Shown: positions 1 to 13,267, counted from the stretch's first letter. The stretch is 64,000 bases of DNA from Squalus acanthias (GCA_030390025.1 CM059432.1:92382001-92446000); one strand, 5' to 3'. Made by a program: numbers and translations. The notes: generated by a model not told the origin, from the sequence alone.

Positions 1-160
1 TGGCGGCGAGGGGGAAGTGAAAGTTGGAAAAATCTATAACCCGACCTCAACCCACCTCCAACCCGCCAACTTTCACCTTTTACTCGCCGAATTTCTGAGT
101 TGCCCGCCGTCTTGTGGGTCCCCCCACACCGTGCAGGTGGGAAACAGGAAAATCCAGCCC
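1..160. mobile_element. End of a GC-rich Harbinger-type non-autonomous element, truncated by the window edge
   Basis: Ends in gaaaatccagccc, the same terminus as at 32511-32522. Internal aacccgacc/aacccgcc motifs are shared with the copies at 14642 and 56012. Confidence 0.6.
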
Positions 161-189
161 AACGTTTCAGGTTGATGACCTTTCGTCAG
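161..189 (-). ncRNA. Hammerhead ribozyme core in the first Penelope copy (stem I disrupted)
   Basis: The minus strand reads CUGACGA-AAGGUCAUCAACCU-GAAACGUU, then abuts the inverted-repeat element terminus at 160. Confidence 0.65.
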
Positions 190-1161
190 GTATTAAGCAA
201 GTGCAGAGGCAGGGAAAGGGGGAAGGGGAGGAAAGAACAAAAGGAAAGTCTGTGATAGGGTGGAAGGCAGGAGAGATTAAAAGACAAAAGGGATGATGGT
301 GCAAGGCAAAAGGAGATGGTAATGGGACAAGTAAAGAAACAAAAGATGGGTCTAGAAGAGGTGTAAATGGGAATAGCAGAATCATCAACGGCTGCCATCT
401 GAAAAAATGGGGGCAGAGGTTATGATCTGAAATTGTTGAACTCAATGTTGAATCCGGAAGTCTGTAAAGTGCCTAATCGAAAGATGAGGTGCTGTTCCTC
501 GAGCTTACGTTGCACTTCATTGGAACAGTGTAGGAGGCCGAAGACTTTGAGAGGTCAGAGTGGGAGTGGAGCAGAGAATTAAAGTGACAGGCGACCGGAA
601 GCTCGGGGTCACGCTTACGGACTGAATGGAGGTGTTCCGCAAAGCGGTCACCCAATTGGCATTTGGTCTCCCCAATGTAGAGGAGGCCGCATCATGAGCA
701 GCGAATACAGTATATTAAATTGAAAGAAGTGCAAGTAAATCGCTGTTTCACCTGGAAGGAGTGTTTGGGGCCCTGGACGGTGGGAAGGGAGGAAGTAAAA
801 GGCCAGGTGTTGCATCTCCTGCGCTTGCTGTGGGAAGGGGAGGGGGTGTTGGGGGTGATTGAGGAATGGACTAGGGTGTCGCAGATGAAACGGTCCCATT
901 GGAATGCTGAAAGGGGAGGGGAGGGTGTGAAGATGTGTTTGGTGGTGGGATCACGCTGGAAGTGGCGGAAATAGCGGAGGAAGATCCGTTGAATGTGGCG
1001 GCTGGTGGGGTGGAAGGTGAAGACAAGGGGAACCCTATCGTGGTTCTGGGAGGGAGAGGAATGGGTGAGGGCAGAAGTGCGGAAAATGGAACGGACACAG
1101 TCAAGGGCCTTTTCAACCACAGTGGAGGGGAATCCTTGGTTGAGGAAAAAGGAAGACATGC
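161..1161 (-). mobile_element. Penelope-like retroelement, 5'-truncated and frameshifted (RT C-terminus, GIY-YIG endonuclease, pLTR)
   Basis: ORFs 692..1159 and 473..655 encode RRRCNT...NLIYCIRCS and GDRFAEH...PVACHFN. Highly similar to 53581-54919. Confidence 0.9.
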
Positions 1162-1304
1162 ACTGAAATGTTCACCAGTTTATTGCATAAACCACTATAG
1201 CTACTGTAAGAGTATCATTCTCCTGTCTTGATTCTAAATTACATTAGATAATGCTAGCTTCTGACCATTTCTTGCACATCTGGTCCCATCTCCAATCTGT
1301 TCTT

Positions 1305-1560
1305 TCTTTTCTGGAGGCAACTGTAGCTATCCTTTCTGTAGACTGCCATCAGCATCTGTCCCGAGACTGCTATTTTTATCCTTCCCACACACTTCCATCA
1401 CTATCCTTCTTGGAACTTGTCATCTTTATCATTATTGAGGCTGCCATCACTATCCTTCCCAAGACGGCCATCTCTATCCTTCCTGAGGGTGCTGCATTTA
1501 TCCTTCCTGAGGCTGTCATTACTATTCTTTGCAAGACCTCCACAATCTCTCTCTCAAAAT
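1305..1560. repeat. Degenerate 24-bp minisatellite (ccttcctgaggctgccatcactat-like)
   Basis: Recurrent tatccttcc/gaggctg units. The +1251 ORF shows an 8-residue period (EAAITILP KTAISILP EGAAFILP EAVITILC). Confidence 0.65.
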
Positions 1561-1710
1561 CTGGTATTGCTACTTGCTCTGTTTTTTGCCTACAAATAAA
1601 TTAAGTGTAAAAAAGAACTTCAAAAATCATCAGCCACTCCCATTGAGCATCTGATAATTTTTAAGACTTCTAAATATCCATCAACAATGACATTTAAATT
1701 GATAGGTTCT

Positions 1711-2090
1711 AAAGAAAGAAAGACTTGTTTTATGTAGTGCCTTGTCATGTCTATTAAAGTGAAAGTGCTTCACATACAGTGATCTTCTTTGCAGTGAAGA
1801 TACTGTTGCTATTTAGGCAAATGTAGCCACCATTTTGCCCACAAGATCCCACAAATAGCAATCCTTAGTTTTGATGGTGTTGGTTAAGGGAGGAATGTTG
1901 GCCAGGGCACAGGGCAAACTCCCTGCTGTTTTTTGAATAGTGCCATGGGATCTTTAACATTTACCTGAATCACCAAAACAGGCAGATTGGGCATTGGTTT
2001 AGCATTTCATTAGAAGGACAACATCTCTGACTGTGCACTTTTTCAACTGGAATGTCAGCCTAGATTATGTGCCCAGGACCTGGAGTGAAC
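1711..2090 (-). mobile_element. Deu-domain SINE (SacSINE1-like), decayed
   Basis: Shares the body caagatcccacaaa..., gaatagtgccatgggatcttt and gtcagcctagattatgtg with the copies at 44624 and 51573. Has an L2-type tail. Confidence 0.75.
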
Positions 2091-2093
2091 TAC

Positions 2094-2913
2094 CAACAAC
2101 AACAACTTGTATTTATATAGCGCCTTTAATGTAGTAAAACATCCCAAGGCACTTCACAGGAGTGTTACAAGACAAAAAATTGACACCGAGCCACATAAGA
2201 AATTAGGGCAGATGACGAGGAGGTAGGTTTTATGGAATGCCTTAAAGAAGGATAGAGAGGCGGTGAGGTTTAGGGAGGGAGTTCCAGAGCTTAGGGCCTA
2301 GGCAGCAGAAGGCACGGCCACCGATGGTTGAGCGATTAAAATTAGGGATGTTCAAGAGGACAGAATTTGAGGAGCGCAAATATCTCTGGGGGTTGTGGGG
2401 CTGAAGGAGATTAGAGATAGGGAGGGGTGAGGCCATGGAGGGATTTGAAAACCAGGATGAGAATTTTGAAATCGAGGCGCTGCTTAACTGGGAGCCAATG
2501 TAGGTCAGCGAGCACAGGGGTGATGGGTGAACGAGACTTGGTGCGAGTTAGGACACAGGCAGCCGAGTTTTGGATGACCTCAAATTTACTTAGGGTAGAA
2601 TGTGGGAGGCCAGCCAGGAGTGCGTTGGAATAGTCAAGTCTAGAGGTAACCAAGGCATGGATGAGGGTTTCAGCAGCAGATGAGCTGAGGCAGGGGACAA
2701 GTCGGGCGATGTTACGGAGGTGGAAATAGGCGGTCTTAGTTATGCCGCGGATATGTGGTCGGAAACTCATTTCAGGGTCAAATATGACACCAAGGTTGCG
2801 AACGGTGTTGTTCAGCCTCAGACAGATGTTAGGGAGAGGGATGGGGTCGGTGGCTAGGGAACGGAGTTTGTGGCGGAGACCGATAATGGCTTCGGTCTTC
2901 CCAATATTTAATT
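2094..2913 (-). mobile_element. L2-clade LINE 3' fragment
   Basis: ORF 2411..2770 (AYFHLRNIARL, SRLDYSNALL, LHWLPV) and a (CAA)n tail caacaacaacttgtatttatatagcgcc. Confidence 0.93.
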
Positions 2914-5089
2914 ACCAAACTCCTTTAGCCTTTAATTCCACCATGGAAAATTCACTGCCTGTCCAAACTATAATCAGCAGTGTATGACAAGCAATAACAA
3001 TAAAAGCTCATTTGTTCAATTAGCCTATTTAGTATTTGCCCCTTCCAGAGACTTAAGTTATGTATGTAGTTATCTTATTATACAATATCTACCTTCCTGT
3101 AAACAGTAGCTCTAAATGTAAAGAAAATTTTCACTATTCACTAACATTTATATTTTGACTTAAAATCTGATTTAACATATGACGTTTGTTGTTAGGAGGA
3201 AACAGCCCTGTGCACATTCTAGCAACTTTGTTAGAACTGCCAAACACAGCAGGGCTTAATAGTTAGTTAGCAGAAAATCTAACCAATATAAACAAGGTTT
3301 ATTGAAATACATGTTAATTTTCACTAGATCCTGAATGGATAAATCAAAAAAGACATAGTAAACTAGATTTTCAGATGTGAACAGGTTATTGCTTATATTA
3401 TTAATAAAATATGAAGAAAAAATGCTTATTATTTAATCGTGATCTGAGCCACTTAGCCCTTCCTGTCAGAGACCAATTGCTCAATCAATATTTTACATTC
3501 CTTTTCCTCCTGAATTTTGGAAGGATATGTTCTTTGTTCTACCTGACCATCTTCTGTATTGACATTTTAATATTTGAAAAGTGTTTTTTTACAGTTGTTA
3601 GTTAAAATAATTCAATCAACATAATGCAGTTTATGACCCTTCTTGAAATGAGCATGCCACTGTATAGGATATAAATCTTCAACACAAAAATTGTTATACC
3701 AGCAAATAAAAAGAATCCTTCAGGCACTCAAGTAAAGGAATCCAACCAGTATAATGCAAGGTTCTATTGAGTGATAAATGGAAATCTTTGAAATTTTGAT
3801 TGGCAAAGATTTAAACAATATTACATTCTCAAAACGATGCATAGATCATTTAAATGCATTGAATATCGCATAATGTTTCCAGAATCTAATTTGTACCAAA
3901 ACTGAGGATAAATATTGTAAAAAAATCACGCTTTTTTTTAACAACTGTTACAGTCTCATCCTTCCTTATCATTCTTTTAATGAAAACTATCTATAATAGG
4001 CTTCTCTTAAAGCTACCCTGCCTGTCAACCTCATTAAATGGCAGAGCTTGAGCTGACCGATCTGGGTTAAGCTGAGGAATGGCTTTTGCAGTCTCTGTAC
4101 GCAATGACACTACACCTAAATAAATTAATAAAAGCTCACACTAGGAAGTTTTATTGTTTACTGTGACAATGTATCTACTCTGAAAAATCTATAAATGCTT
4201 GAGCAAAAATTGCAAACTGCTTAGGTAAGGAATTCAATTGAATTACGTTGTGCTTTATCGTATTAGTAAAAGTTAAGGATTTTGAAAACTGGATCTTTTT
4301 GCTTGCAGTGAAATGATCAGAAATTATTTCATATTGCATATTGTTTTCTGAAATATGACCACTGCTGATACATTGTCCGCCATGCCAAGTTTTCTACATA
4401 GTCTCACATTTAAAAGCATTGATCTCATGATGGCTTTGAAATCAAGGGCTGAAGTACCTGCCATATGTAGTTCGTTTTCTGTTAATTACTGCTTATTGGA
4501 AAAAGGGTCAACCTAATCATGAAATGCTATAAAATAGATTCATAACTAGTTCCAACTGACATGTTTTTCTAACTTTGCACCAATCAAATTAATTAGTTAG
4601 TTTCAATTTTTCAGCCTATTCCTAAAATTTTTATAACATCTCTTAGGTCTATCGTGTATGTTGAGTATTTCATATATATCAGGGCTGTTGAGTGACTGAG
4701 TTTGTTGTCTACATCAGATGGTAGTCAATGTTCTACTTCATTGGTTAACTATTGAAGTCTCTGCGATTTTCCCTTTCTAATTGGTGATTTTCAATTTTTT
4801 TTTTATTATTCAACAATCATATTAGACAAACCCTTTCGCTTCAATTTCAATTTTCTCTCTAATTACATTGCATCAAAAATTCTACCCAAAAAATTCTATC
4901 CAACCACTATGCAGCCAAAAATACCTACTCAGTCACATCACAACAAAAACATTTGTTTGAGTCATCACTATTGTGGCATTCCCCATCCAGGTTCAAACTG
5001 AGGAAATCTTTCAGTAGTACAGTCAGTTTAAATGTTCTGAGCTTTGAGTTGAATTAATTATCATGTGCTCCTAGGAATAAATGACATAG

Positions 5090-5806
5090 GGGGGAAAAAT
5101 TGGGTGGTGCCCATTTTCGGGCACTAGCTTCGTCGGGGCGCTAATTTTAGCACCCCGAAAAAGTTAGCGCCCCCCCCCCCCCACCATAAATTCAGCAGTA
5201 GCGCCCCAAGCAGGAGGTGGGGCGCTACTGGAAAGCGCTCCACCTCCTGCTAGGGGTGCTACTACTGAATCTCGCGGCGCTACGTGCAGCAGCGCCACAT
5301 CATTGCAGGCCTCCTCCCTTGATCAAAAGGGGAGGGGCCTAGCGCTGCATACACAGGGGCCCTGCTGGACCACCGGGGTGCCGTGAAAATGAGGAGTGCC
5401 GGGCTGAGCGATCACAATCGGAGCCAGCACCCCACATACAAAAGTGAAAGGGGACAGGTGCTAGCAGTCGGCCATAAAAATGGCCGCCTGACACCTGCTC
5501 CTTTAACTTGCGCTGCTGCCGCTGCCAATCCACCCCCTGATCCTGTCGCACATATTATCCGGCGATAGGTCAGGGGGCGCAAGGGAAGTTTGCCGGGGTG
5601 CAAGCGGGGTGCTGCGCACGGCGATGACGTCATCACCGGTGGCGCAGCAGCGCAGGGCGCTACCGGCTATCGCCGCTGTTAACCTCCCGCTGAATTTTGT
5701 GGGAGGAGTGAGCAGCACCGTGCCTGGGCGCATGGGGATTTGTGCCCCATTAGCGCCCCCCCCGAGGATGCTAATGAGAGGCGCAAACCAACCCAATTTT
5801 TCCCCC
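5090..5806. mobile_element. GC-rich non-autonomous DNA transposon with 15-bp perfect TIRs (PIF/Harbinger-like)
   Basis: GGGGGAAAAATTGGG at the start and CCCAATTTTTCCCCC at the end, with ATA(G) on both flanks and repeated agcgcc/ggcgct internal motifs. Confidence 0.85.
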
Positions 5807-5839
5807 ATAGAGATTTCCTGCACAGACTTGCAGCTCCTT

Positions 5840-6095
5840 TTACACATGCTGAGGACTCGCATGTCTTTGGCTCAATCACTGTATTCTGTATCATTCCTGC
5901 ACCCACCTGTACCTCTCTGCCAAGCCCGTCTGTCTTAACTTTCTTTTTACTTGAAACCCTTAAAACACAACCCCCACCCCCACCCCCAAAACCACCTCCT
6001 TTGGTTCGGCATCCATTTTATGACTACGCCTCTGTGAAGCACTTTGGTGGGTTTTTCTATGTTAAGGACGCTATATAAATGCAAATTGTTGCAGT
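5840..6095 (+). mobile_element. Decayed L2 3' end
   Basis: ctgtgaagcactttgg...tatgttaaggacgctatataaatgcaaattgttg, the reverse complement of the L2 tail at 2094. Confidence 0.7.
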
Positions 6096-6149
6096 TATTT
6101 AATGTTCTTTTATAAATTGACCCACCTGTAGGCCTCAGTTGAATGAATA

Positions 6150-6221
6150 GGATGCTTCATGCCATTGTGTGTTTGGGATGCTTCAAGCCATTGTGTGTTT
6201 GGGATGCTTCATGCCATTGTG
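6150..6221. repeat. Tandem repeat, about 3 x 26 bp (ggatgcttcatgccattgtgtgtttg)
   Basis: Directly visible near-identical units. Confidence 0.9.
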
Positions 6222-7429
6222 CTTTTTGCTTGTGACTGAGATTTGACAGATATTCGTGCTGGGTTAGTAAATACTGGACGGTCAGCCTGTCTAAATGAGA
6301 TAATGTCTGAATCCATGCCTTAAAAATAACAAAAGTCACTATGTACTGTCTCAATGTATACTTTTAAAATAGCATATCTCTTGAGCAATGTCTGGTTGTC
6401 CAGTCTGCTATCAAGTGTCCTCGCACCTCTTGATCTTTATGATATAGAAAAGAGAATGTGTGGTTATGGGGCCCCAGTAGGGTTCACAACAAAGGGGAAA
6501 TTGGTCATCATATCTGATGTAAAAGTTAAAAGGGGTCAATGATTAAATCATTCCATGCCCACTATCGTGCAAGGACAGTTGTTAGATTCTTGTAAACAAC
6601 TCACCTACATAAGGTGTAGATCGCCACCAGTTTGTTAGAACAGACTCAAGAGACGACTGTGCAATGAAGCCCATATCTCTGTTCCTGGAGTGGTAACTAT
6701 AACCTTTTTGTTTGACTTTATGTTTTATAGTGCTACTCTATATTTTAGTGCTGTTAATAAGTCATTAAAGGCAATTTGTTGTTTATGGCTTGATTAACTG
6801 AGGTCCAGAACCTTAAGACTCCCATCATTGGATTTAACAGACCTCTCCCACAGTTAGCCATTATCCACAAACCCAAAACCTTAACCTGGCACCCACCCTC
6901 CTCCTTGGACCTCAGCAGTGACCTACACTAGGATGAACTTCTCCCACATCTAGTTCACCAGGCATCAAGCATGAGCTTTTCTTCAGCCACCAGGCAGTCC
7001 ATCCCCAAAAATATAAACACAAAGATGTCATGAAATAAACAAGTTTAATTGTGACTTTATCTTCTCCTTTGGTTTTACTATTCTAGTTTTACACAAAGTG
7101 CCTCTCTACCTCTATCTTATCAATTCCCTTTGTTATTTAAAAAAAAATTGCATCATGTTTTAATCTTTTCCAGTTTGATCTCCATAGTGCAGCCCATGTC
7201 CCTCTTCGAAGGAGGAAGAGAAAGTCAGAGGGAAAGTTCTCCAGATACTATTGCAGGCCTCTAGTTACTGTCTCAAAACAGTATTGGTAGAGGATCACAA
7301 GCAGATCACCCACCGACTCTCTCAGCAATCGGTGCTGTTTAGCCTCAGAAAACATAAAACTGTACTTGTGTATCTTTTCCACTGCCTCTGTATCTTTTCA
7401 TCAATATGATGGCACACCTTGTGCATAAT

Positions 7430-8200
7430 ACTCCATGTGTGCACTCACTAATACTTTATAGCGTAGTGCCACCATTTTATTAGACTTAAATTCTGTGTGT
7501 TTACTTATTTGCATTTAAAACTGCTACTTACACTATGATGAAGCGTTCAGTGTATGGGCCACTATCACAGTCAATACCTTCTACTCAACTCGCCTTGTTT
7601 AACTGTATACTTTTCATTTTGTTATTTTAGTACCAAAAAGAATTACCTTGCATTTCTCAATATTAAGTGAACCTCCTGTCCGGTTGCTCAGTCTCATTGA
7701 ATTTTAATCCGACCCTCCAAATATCCTGCTCTCACACACATCTGTCATCTGTAAGCTTCAATATTCAATCATAAAAGTCACATAAATATTGTGAACGATA
7801 CAAGTACCAGGATTGACACCAAGCTTCTCTGCTGGTCACAGGTGTTGAATTAGAACTGCTATCACTGATCATCAATCTTTTCTTTCTGCTATTTAGCCAA
7901 TTACTAAGTTCTCCTTTATTCCCCAAAACTTTCACTTTAGCCCCAAGTCACAAGTCTCAAGTGAAGCATCTTAACAACAGCTTCTGAAATTCAAGATATC
8001 TAACATCCAACTCATTACCATCATCTATCCATTCCGTTACATGCTCAAAGAATTGGACTAGGTTTTTTTGCATGGTGTATTTTTCATAAACTCGTGTTGG
8101 CTTTGAGTTTCTACCTTTTACTCTTGTTGAATGTGTTTGAATTCAAGCCTTTATAATAGACTCCAACATTTTCCTACTACAGATTTCAAGCTACCAAGCC
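7430..8200 (-). mobile_element. Old, highly decayed CR1 ORF2 fragment
   Basis: Collinear degenerate matches to the CR1 copies near 60 kb (gtcatctgtaag, aaatattgtgaac, cttctgaaattcaagata, ctcaaagaatt, ttttcataaactc). Confidence 0.6.
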
Positions 8201-8342
8201 TCAATTTGCAGTGTTATGCTGTTTTGTATGTATTCTCCATTTTTTTAGTATTGCTGTGTATGATGAACAATGATTTCTCCTCCTCTTCTATCCTCATTTC
8301 TAGCTAGCCCTGCTGTGTTATGAATATCCCAGCACTCTAATT

Positions 8343-9147
8343 TAGGGTGACCATATTTTCAAAACCAAATCCGGGGACACGCAGGCAATGGTCCCCTCCA
8401 AATTTTCTTTTTTGGGTGCACAGCCCCTTTAACGGGTTGCACGGCCCATTCAAAATTTCGCACATGCGTGAAATTTCACATTGGAAAAGCCGGACCGGTT
8501 GACCGCTGCGCAGCTGTGCAGTTTAGATACACCAAATCACAAATCTTACATGTGTTCTGGCAATAGTGCTGTACCATCTACTCATCCCCGAACACCCTAA
8601 ATTTTAATTTCTAAATTTTAAATCTGTTCCCAACAGACTGAGATTTTCCATGAAACACCCTCTGTCTCTGAAGATTTCAGATTCACAAACCTCTTCCCAG
8701 TGGGAGAATTTAGAGCTTGCCTTCCCTTATTCAACAAAAAAACACGACGCACCATATAGATAAACTGGTAAAATAAATCAAATCCACTCACCCACCAGCT
8801 CTCAGCACTCCCTTGGCTTCGCCCACCCTTCGCCCAGTCACCATTGGATAAAGCTCTGATCAGGTGACTCAATCCCCTACAGTGCAGTGTGGCCAGAGCT
8901 ATAGATGGGACCTTTTCTCAGCCGCATTGTATTGTGGGTAGGTGGGCCGCCATTGACGCCTCCATTCAACCTGCTCCAGGAATTTATTCCTGAACTCAAA
9001 CCGGCCGAGAATCTCCGAGAAACGGGTTCCTGTGCATTAGCACTGAAAAAGTCAAAGACTCAGTATCAGGGACAAGATTCTTCAACCGGGGTCACATTCC
9101 CAAATCTGGGGACTGTCCCCGGAAAATGGGGATGTCTGGTCAGCCTA
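8343..9147. mobile_element. Non-autonomous hAT transposon (Blackjack-like termini) with perfect 8-bp TSD
   Basis: Termini TAGGGTGACCA and TGGTCAGCCTA, subterminal ccggggac/gggactgtccccgg, TSD CTCTAATT at 8335-8342 and 9148-9155. Confidence 0.9.
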
Positions 9148-10134
9148 CTCTAATTGATAACATTTTCAGTAGTAATCCCTACTTTTGCCATGACCTCAGA
9201 TGCAACTCTTATGGGTACCGATGCAAGATACTAAGTCATCACCATGATCATACATTTTCATCTTCCCTTATTTTTCTTAAAGAATCAAAATAATAATTAT
9301 CTTGTTCAGTACTATTTCTTTGCATTTGCCCAAACACACACTTACACACACAAATTACATTGTCCCCCCCCCCCCCAACCCCCGCTCTTCTCTAGTATGC
9401 ACAAGCAACAATTGTCTCACATTTTTATTTAAGTATTAACGGCATCTCCTCCTTACACTCCTAAAATGAAATAACTTTAAAAGCATTCCTAGTGCCTATC
9501 TATAGTTTCTATAATATGCTTTCTCTGGAGAACAGTAGCAGAATTGTCAAAGGGAGAAGTCTCCAGATAACTATGGGCCATTTATTTACTTTTAGCGCAT
9601 TGTAGTGTAAATTCCACTTTGCTACTGCTCATAATTTCTGCTTTTTCTTCTAAAGAATTATTGACAATGCTTAAACCTGTCCCAATGGACAATATCTGGG
9701 TAATCTGTCCTCAGCACAATGCATTAAAATCTCAGTTTACTGGTGTGGCTACATTCACTCTACACCATAATGGCATTCCTATCTATCACAACTAAACTTT
9801 GGTGGGGGGTTATGCTGCTGTTTGGATATGGAGCCCTGTGAATGCAAGTGTGTGCATGTGTATTAGCCACATTGTTGTAAAAGAAAGTAGGGAGCTGGGA
9901 ATAATAGAAACGACAAATAAAGAAGAATTAGACATAATTAATTTATTTTAATCTAATAATTTTCATGAAAAGAATACTTGAAAATGCAGGATAAAGAAAG
10001 AGAAAAAAATTGCAATAAAGTGCATAAACTGTGCTTAGATTATGAGATGACAGCCCCTTTATTTCAAATCGGAGGTTTAGTGCAAAAGCTTTAAACAAGG
10101 TACACTATAAAATGGGCATTCAGTGATACAAATT

Positions 10135-10602
10135 GGCCTAGAGTTTGCTGGAGCAGGGCACCTCGCAGTGTGCCCGTTATTTAGATTTTTTCCCTCACCC
10201 ATCAGCTTGAAATTTTTTTGCACCGCAAACTGCTGAAAATGCCAGTTGCCAACTGTGCGACGAGGGCAACGGGCATCTGGGACCTTGGCGAAAGATGGGA
10301 CCAACAGTCTATCTCCTTAACCAATGAAATTTAGGGATAGAGAAAGAAACCGCAAAGGAAATAGGGTGAATTAGAGTTAAATTAAGTACAGAAAGAGAAA
10401 TAAACAGAGGGAAAGAAAGATTGGATTAAGAGAGAGAGAGAGAAAAGGAAACATTTTGCGAGGCTAACGGCAGAGTGGCACAATTTTTGGCAATTCGCAA
10501 CTCACAGGGTATCTCTTCCACACCTCAAATTGCTGGACAGTTTATACACTAATATCGGCGAGCACATTAAACTTGCCATTATTTTCCAAGCAATTTCTGG
10601 CC
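10135..10602. mobile_element. Non-autonomous TIR element (Harbinger-like)
   Basis: GGCCTAGAGTTTGCTGG and CCAAGCAATTTCTGGCC termini, AATT on both flanks. Confidence 0.7.
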
Positions 10603-11609
10603 AATTAAAAGGATACCTGCAACTAGCCATTTAAGCAGATGAAGCAATTTCATTTGTAAATTGTCTGTATCAAAGTGAACAAATTCTGTCACACGAGTTT
10701 TTTGTGGTTTTGCACCATTGTGCTGGTAAGCCTTCTTCTGTAAAAGCTGAGCTTTAGCTATGGCACTGAATCATTTTATATATGCGTCATAAACAATTAT
10801 GTAGTAGCAGCTAATATATTGTAATAATTAATTTATGACACTATTAATCATATAATGCAAAACTCTAAATGTTAGACCTTTTTAGTCTATTCAGAGTTTT
10901 CAAATCTCTGAGGTCTCTTTTGCGGGTGATTAAAATAGCTATCAAGAACTGAATTGTTATGAGGATTTCTGAACTATAAAACATTACATGTCAGTGCAGT
11001 ATTTAAATAATGACTAAATATAATTGGCGTGTGTTTTAGTGGTTCGGCACTAGGCTTGTCTAGAATGAGATGTATTTTATCTCCTGTTAGACTTTAGACT
11101 TAAATCACACTTTAGACTACACTTCTGGGAAAGTCTGCACTTTGATAGATGAACTTTCCGCCCCCCCCCCCCCCCCCCCCACCCCACAAAGCAGCAGAAA
11201 CAGACAGTTTTTATATATTTCATTTACTGCTCGATTGCACTGCATGAGATGGGTACGTCTGCTTCTAGAATTTCTCAAAAGAAAAAGGCTCAAATGTGCA
11301 GCACTAACATATTTGAACCGAAATTCAAAGCTATTTACTGCTTCTCCATAGAGAACACTCCTATACCCATTTTTCATTTTTAAAGTCAAGCAAAATAGAA
11401 AACTGCACAACACAAACTATACAAGTTATTGTTTGGCAGTTGCATTTGTACAGTTCAGTGTGTGTGCAAGACTGTATCTGATAGTGAGGTTTTGTGTCAC
11501 AGTTCAATACAATATTATGAAATTTTGCCCTCGCCTCCATAAACCAATTAGAGAAAAATATATTTTGCTGTATTCCAATATTCAATACTAATCTACTTAC
11601 TGATACAAC

Positions 11610-11670
11610 CATCCTCTGCTATTTACATTAAGTCATCCTCGGTTCCGAGGGACTGCCTAAGAAGAAGAAG
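11610..11670 (+). mobile_element. 61-bp retroposed LINE 3' tip with stem-loop, (AAG)n tail and 11-bp TSD
   Basis: ACTGATACAAC at 11599-11609 and 11671-11681, hairpin agtcatcctcgg-tt-ccgagggact, tail aagaagaagaag. Confidence 0.85.
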
Positions 11671-11686
11671 ACTGATACAACTGTAA

Positions 11687-12304
11687 CGGGGAGAGGTGGG
11701 GGGGGGGGGATTGGACCTTGCTGTGCCCGTTTTCAGGTGCGAAACTGGGACAAAAGGGTCCAATTTTGTGGGGCTATGTCCTGAGCCCCAAGGGTGCCTG
11801 AAACATATCTGACGGCATTTTGGTTCAACAATATTCAGGCATCCGTGGAGGCTGCATTAAACAGGCGTTGGGCCCTTTACATATACTAATGAGGGGACTA
11901 ACGCCTTTTTAAAGACCCCTCCTAGATATTCACCTACTCTGAGCAAGGGACCTCTGGAGGCCGCCAACAAACAGGTAAGCTTAAACTTTCAACTTGCTCC
12001 ACCTGGCTCCACAGCATTTATTGCAGGCTGTTGCCGGCTATGCTCGCCCATTCGCATTTGTCTCCCCTCCCCTCCCAGGACCTACCTGAAGGCCACTGCC
12101 AGCTTCGCAGCCAGCCCATTTTGGTCTTTTCCAAACCGGCGAGCTGCCACTCTGCACCCGATTGACATCTCCAGCTCACCATAAATATGCTGATGAGGTC
12201 TGATGCCCAATTTCAGACAAGACTTGACCTCTAGTTTCTGGCGTCCACGCCAAGCGCATCGCCTATTTCAGGCCTGAAAACAGGCCTCAACCAATATCCC
12301 AGCC
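11687..12304. mobile_element. Non-autonomous Harbinger-like element with TAA TSD
   Basis: TAA at 11684-86 and 12305-07, G-rich left end, right end ccaatatcccagcc, subterminal gttttcagg/cctgaaaac inverted motifs. Confidence 0.7.
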
Positions 12305-13267
12305 TAAGTAAACATTCAGTGAACTTCCTTTTTTATTACAGTTCTATAAAAGACCGAATGACCAGGATATCAGTATTTTTACATTTCTGTCTGACAAGTA
12401 GAGAGTACTTCAATGAATATAATTGGACAAAAATCTCAGGATAGCAATCTCATGCACGAAGTGTATATCAGTCAAATTTAAAATATTATAGAACTTTACA
12501 CTCTAATTGCAATTCTGTACAATAATGTAGCATTCTAATAACATTCCCATTAATAAACACACCCTATTTTGCAGTGCAATCTATCTTTCCTCTTGCTATG
12601 GGTACTAACAATAAGAGCTTTAAATAGCAGGCATTAGTCAAGTAGAATTATATTTCTAGATTCCAAAATTGCAAACATTTCCTGCTGAATCTCCTTATGG
12701 CTTTCCTCTAAAAACCACTCCATCACTGAACAATAGGGCAAGAATCTCAGTAATGACTAGATTGATAATTATCTAAAATTGTGATCAATGCTTGAAAATG
12801 CTTTACAAATCATTTTTGGGCTATACTGATGTTACATTATTGAAAAGCAAAATTCAGCAACTTAGACATTGAAGCTTATCAGCATTGTTAATTTAAATGT
12901 CTGCTCTGTCGTTTGAAACATGGTGATTGGCGAACATTATTCACACAAAAGATTCATCTTAAATTATAACTGCGTGACTAATAGGACACCAGCTAGGACC
13001 CATAATGGCTACACACACAGGTTGGACAACTGACCTCTGACTGGTACAGTTTGCTGTGGACTTTTGACTTGGCAATTAGATAAAGTTCCAAGATAATAGA
13101 AAAAAAAGCAAATCTTATAGAAACCTTAAAATGTATTTAGTTGCTAAAATTATTAAATCTCACAGCCTTAATTGCTAATTAAAAGACACGGTTCAATGGG
13201 ATTTGCAGTATATTAAAGAGGGTTCATATAGAAATTTAGGTTCTTAGTTATACAGTAAGTTGTAGTT

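Noticed and set aside
5339..6078. Cluster of overlapping GC-rich ORFs and CpG-island-like composition suggesting a promoter or first exon
   Set aside because: It lies almost entirely within a TIR-bounded element (5090-5806) plus an L2 tail, has no recognisable protein motif, and no suitable stathmin first exon was found.
6400..6790. Possible solo LTR
   Set aside because: No clear TG...CA boundaries, TSD or second copy could be identified.
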